A stretch of 64,000 bases of DNA, from the IMG/VR virus record IMGVR_UViG_3300042922_001473; one strand, written 5' to 3'. The notes beneath the pieces are model-generated. The model did not search any database. It saw nothing but the letters and a program-made list of their open reading frames with translations, and was not told the origin of the DNA. Position numbers and translations under genes: made by a program. This document shows positions 61,701 to 64,000 of this stretch, piece after piece. Origin of the DNA: a virus. Lineage: Duplodnaviria > Caudoviricetes. Each line of letters begins with the position of its first letter. Within the stretch, counting starts at the first letter, position 1.

Positions 61701-62000
61701 TGCAAAAGTTTGATAGTTTCCTACTACCACTTGCTTCACATTTGTTAATTCAGGAATAATTACTGGAGATAATTGGTCTATAGTATTACCAATGCCTAAT
61801 TGTCCATAATTATTTTGTCCCCAAGCCAACACTGTTCCATCACTTTTTAATATTAATGTGTGATTATAACCTGATATTATTTTTGGTTCTACACTTAAAG
61901 CAGAACTTTCTATTGGATTAGATAAAACATTTGTTAACATCATTAAAAAGATTAACAATGCTAACAATTTTCTTTTTAAATTGTTAATAATTTTATTCAT
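58770..62000 (-). CDS. secreted RCC1/BLIP-II beta-propeller protein with the same helical C-terminus
   Basis: Seven G..HSLAL.EDGTV..WG.N..GQLG repeats; tail near-identical to 49824-58628. Confidence 0.92.
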   Translation of the reverse strand: MNKIINNLKRKLLALLIFLMMLTNVLSNPIESSALSVEPKIISGYNHTLILKSDGTVLAWGQNNYGQLGIGNTIDQLSPVIIPELTNVKQVVVGNYQTFALMEDGTVKAWGYNLTGQLGIENKLNQYSPITVPNLINVKQIASGSDHVLALLEDGTVKSWGINYSGQLGIGNTTFKTTPTIVSGLTNVKQIKAGAYHSLALLEDGTVKVWGDNDSGELGIGNTISQKSPILIPGLSNVKQIEAGIAHSLVLHEDGTVKGWGENGNGQITASNLYDKLSPVIITGLINVKQLAGGQNHSLALLEDGTIYIWGYNQYGQLGIEDLPTNMVTQKRIIPDIANVNQITAGSSYTAVLLDDGTVKTWGQNNYGQLGIGNTDNQLSPVIVPDLIIPQTGGNTEELNIAKNAVIQTEASKLQTDLDSARVLVNALPTGSDKVSLTNRLNIVQAYIDYQEAVRIATLAVEKAEITILQSDVDSARVLINVLVNPEKADLTTRLDVVDYVINCVIDATLAVEKAETTKLQADVDSARTLVNALNNSISQKASLLTRLNDLQIAIINKQIQDLIDRIDEILTNPSAEELTELEDIVNDLDDLINQLPNSAEKDEILATQILRATEAVVKAENSKTQIDVDSAKILVNTLPNITEKSLLSERLDTVQAIIDTKNELQQAIANATSAVVKTENSKLQADVNSARALVDALPQITEKTSLTERLNTVQSMIDIEKELQQAIANATNAVVKAEGSKLQADVDSARVLVNALPNITEKTSLHQRLDAVQLIIDNPEGGETNAPEAIRIAEMKVKIAETYKRNPYVTNAEDTVNALYDSPEKTALLDRLEALKALIEENTLAQELKNATTKVKIAETYKREPYISTARDVVNALVDSPEKEALDDRLNAISPSDGSESSSTTVKFAIIAVTRAEKTPTKYTIQYAIKKVNMIADSTPEKADLLQRVEILKINYNNLIAEKNSIVQIENATNYVNYAEKYKSTYYFNKAQTLVSSLENGEIKTTLQGRLDILQSVIFPSAETIAMQEATKAVEKAENYKIEAYIQKAKMLVDALVESHEKTDLTNRLNLIVIE

Positions 62001-62135
62001 TTTTTATTTTTTCTCCTTTTTTTTATTTATTAATATTTAATAATATACAAATAATAATAAATTTATAATTCAATAAAAGCTGACTTATTTTTGCAAAATT
62101 TAATTTATAATATAAAAAACAGAAACAAGGAGTTT

Positions 62136-62428
62136 ACATATATTAACAACTGGTTTTTTGTGGACAAGTTGTCATAGAAAGATTGAACGAAAATGAAAAA
62201 ATACATATATAATCTATTTTAATAATAGAAAAAAGCATCACATGTAGGTGTATCTTTTTTAAAAGAAAAATTAGAAGGTTATGAAATAAATATTGATTGG
62301 GAAACAGTATATGAAAATGGAATAGTTGAATTTGTAATAGATTATAAACCCATAATCGTTATAACATCAATTATGAAAATAATTGAAAATCTAAATGATT
62401 TAGTAACTTTTAAAGAATATGTAAAATA
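62136..62428 (+). pseudogene. degraded hypothetical gene
   Basis: AAGGAG RBS without ATG; coding-like frame (..HVGVSFLKEKLEGYEINIDWETVYENG..EYVK*) broken upstream. Confidence 0.4.
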
Positions 62429-62464
62429 AAAGAGAGAAGATTTTAACCTTCTCTCTTTTATTTT

Positions 62465-64000
62465 TTATTCTACTACTATTGAATTAAGTCTATCACTTAA
62501 AACTGTTTTTGTTTCACTATCAGCTAAAGCATTTACAAGTGTTCTTGCATTTTGAATATAAACTTCAATTTTATAATTTTCAGCTTTTTCAACTGCTTTA
62601 GTTGCTTCTTGTATTGCTATAGTTTCAGCAGAAGGGAATATTATTGGTTTAAGAATATCTAATCTCTCTTGTAATGCAACTTTCGTTTCACCATTTTCTA
62701 AACTACTTACTAATGTCTGTGCTTTATTAAAGTAATATGTTGATTTATATTTCTCTGCATAATTTACATAGTTAGTAGCGTTGTTTATTTGTCTAATTGC
62801 ATTCTTCTCTGCTATTAAGCTATTATAGTTAGTCTTTAATGTTTCTACTCTTAATAATAAATCTGATTTTTCTGTCGTACCATCAGCTATCATGTTTACT
62901 CTTTTTTCAGCATAAAGAATTGTATACTTAGAAGGAGTTTTTTCTGCTCTTGTAACTGCGATTATTGCATATTTAACTGTTGTTGAAGAACTTCCACTAC
63001 CATCTGTTGGGATTATAGCATTAAGTCTGTCATCTAAAGCTTCTTTTTCTGGGCTATCAACTAATGCATTTACAGCCTCTCTTGCAGTTGAGATATATGG
63101 CTCTCTTTTATAGGTTTCCGCAATTTTTACTTTTGTAGTAGCATTTTTTAATTCCTGTGCTAATGCATTTTCTTCGATAAGATTTTTCAATGCTTCTAAT
63201 CTATCAAGTAAAGCTGTTTTTTCAGGAGAATCATATAATGCATTTACAGTATCTTCTGCATCTTGTAAATATGGGTTTCTCTTATACGCTTCTGCAATTT
63301 TTACTTTTGTTTCAGCATTTTTAATAGCTTCTGCTGTATTTATTTCACCACTTCCTGGATTATCAATAATTACTTGTACTGCATCAAGTCTTTCGCTTAA
63401 TGAAGTCTTAATTTCACTATTTGGAAGTGCATTTACTAATACTCTTGCACTATCTACATCAGCTTGAAGTTTACTACCTTCAGCTTTAACAACTGCTTGT
63501 GTAGCCTTTGCTATTGCTTCTTGTAATTCATTCTCAGCGTCAATAATTGCTTGTACTATATCAAGTCTTCCGTTTAAAGAAGTCTTTACTTCACTGTTTG
63601 GAAGTGCATTTACTAATATTCTTGCACTATCTACATCTGTTTGAAATTTACTACCTTCGGCTTTAACTACTGCATTAGTTGCATTTGCTATTGCTTCTTG
63701 TAATTCATTCTCAGCATCAATTATAGCTTGTACGGTGTCAAGTCTTCCGTTTAAAGAAGTCTTTTCAGTGATTTGTGGAAGTACATTTACTAAAGTTCTT
63801 GCACTATCTACATCAGCTTGAAGTTTACTACCTTCGGCTTTAACTACTGCATTTGTTGCATTTGCTATTGCTTGTTGTAATTCATTCTCAGCATCAATTA
63901 TAGCTTGTACGGTGTCAAGTCTTCCGTTTAAAGAAGTCTTTTCAGTGATTTGTGGAAGTACATTTACTAAAGTTCTTGCACTATCTACATCAGCTTGAAG
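62465..64000 (-). CDS. third surface protein with shared helical C-terminus (5' end outside the window)
   Basis: Frame open to the window edge (512 codons); same repeats and tail; downstream terminator matches that of 49824-58628. Confidence 0.88.
   Translation of the reverse strand, partial: LQADVDSARTLVNVLPQITEKTSLNGRLDTVQAIIDAENELQQAIANATNAVVKAEGSKLQADVDSARTLVNVLPQITEKTSLNGRLDTVQAIIDAENELQEAIANATNAVVKAEGSKFQTDVDSARILVNALPNSEVKTSLNGRLDIVQAIIDAENELQEAIAKATQAVVKAEGSKLQADVDSARVLVNALPNSEIKTSLSERLDAVQVIIDNPGSGEINTAEAIKNAETKVKIAEAYKRNPYLQDAEDTVNALYDSPEKTALLDRLEALKNLIEENALAQELKNATTKVKIAETYKREPYISTAREAVNALVDSPEKEALDDRLNAIIPTDGSGSSSTTVKYAIIAVTRAEKTPSKYTILYAEKRVNMIADGTTEKSDLLLRVETLKTNYNSLIAEKNAIRQINNATNYVNYAEKYKSTYYFNKAQTLVSSLENGETKVALQERLDILKPIIFPSAETIAIQEATKAVEKAENYKIEVYIQNARTLVNALADSETKTVLSDRLNSIVVE

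Noticed and set aside
1-64000. tRNA/rRNA, integrase, replication or virion genes
   Set aside because: None recognisable by eye, so phage versus plasmid versus chromosomal island cannot be decided from this window

Overview
Very AT-rich window of Clostridia-like (spore-forming Bacillota) accessory DNA. It looks like a large phage- or megaplasmid-derived region: dozens of short phage-type hypothetical genes (YopX, DUF1848, several ADP-ribosyltransferase-fold proteins), a few host-like genes (cheY-like, spoVG, an alpha/beta SASP), several decayed genes, and two TnpA-less IS200/IS605 tnpB elements. No tRNA/rRNA, virion or replication genes were recognised. The centrepiece (38.0-47.4 kb, minus strand) is an atypical type I CRISPR-Cas locus: cas6-cas8-like-cas7(DevR/Csa2-type)-[array]-cas5-x-x-cas3. 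Cas3 carries its HD domain at the C-terminus, and no cas1/2/4 is seen in the window. The degenerate 30-bp-repeat array sits inside the Cascade operon and carries two protein-coding genes as giant 'spacers'. It ends in a separately promoted two-repeat mini-array whose short guide matches (seed 1-5, 7-11, CCA PAM) the transcription-start region of the cas6 operon, i.e. a candidate CreR-like autorepressor. Other candidates: a type I toxin-antitoxin module (8.4-9.0 kb), a one-gene cassette bounded by ~85-bp inverted repeats, a 54-bp loopless palindrome, a CoaB-aldolase fusion plus methyltransferase pair, and three tandem secreted proteins with different heads (BspA-LRR, RCC1, unknown) on a shared helical C-terminal tail. 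All family assignments are from motif recognition by eye, not from database searches.
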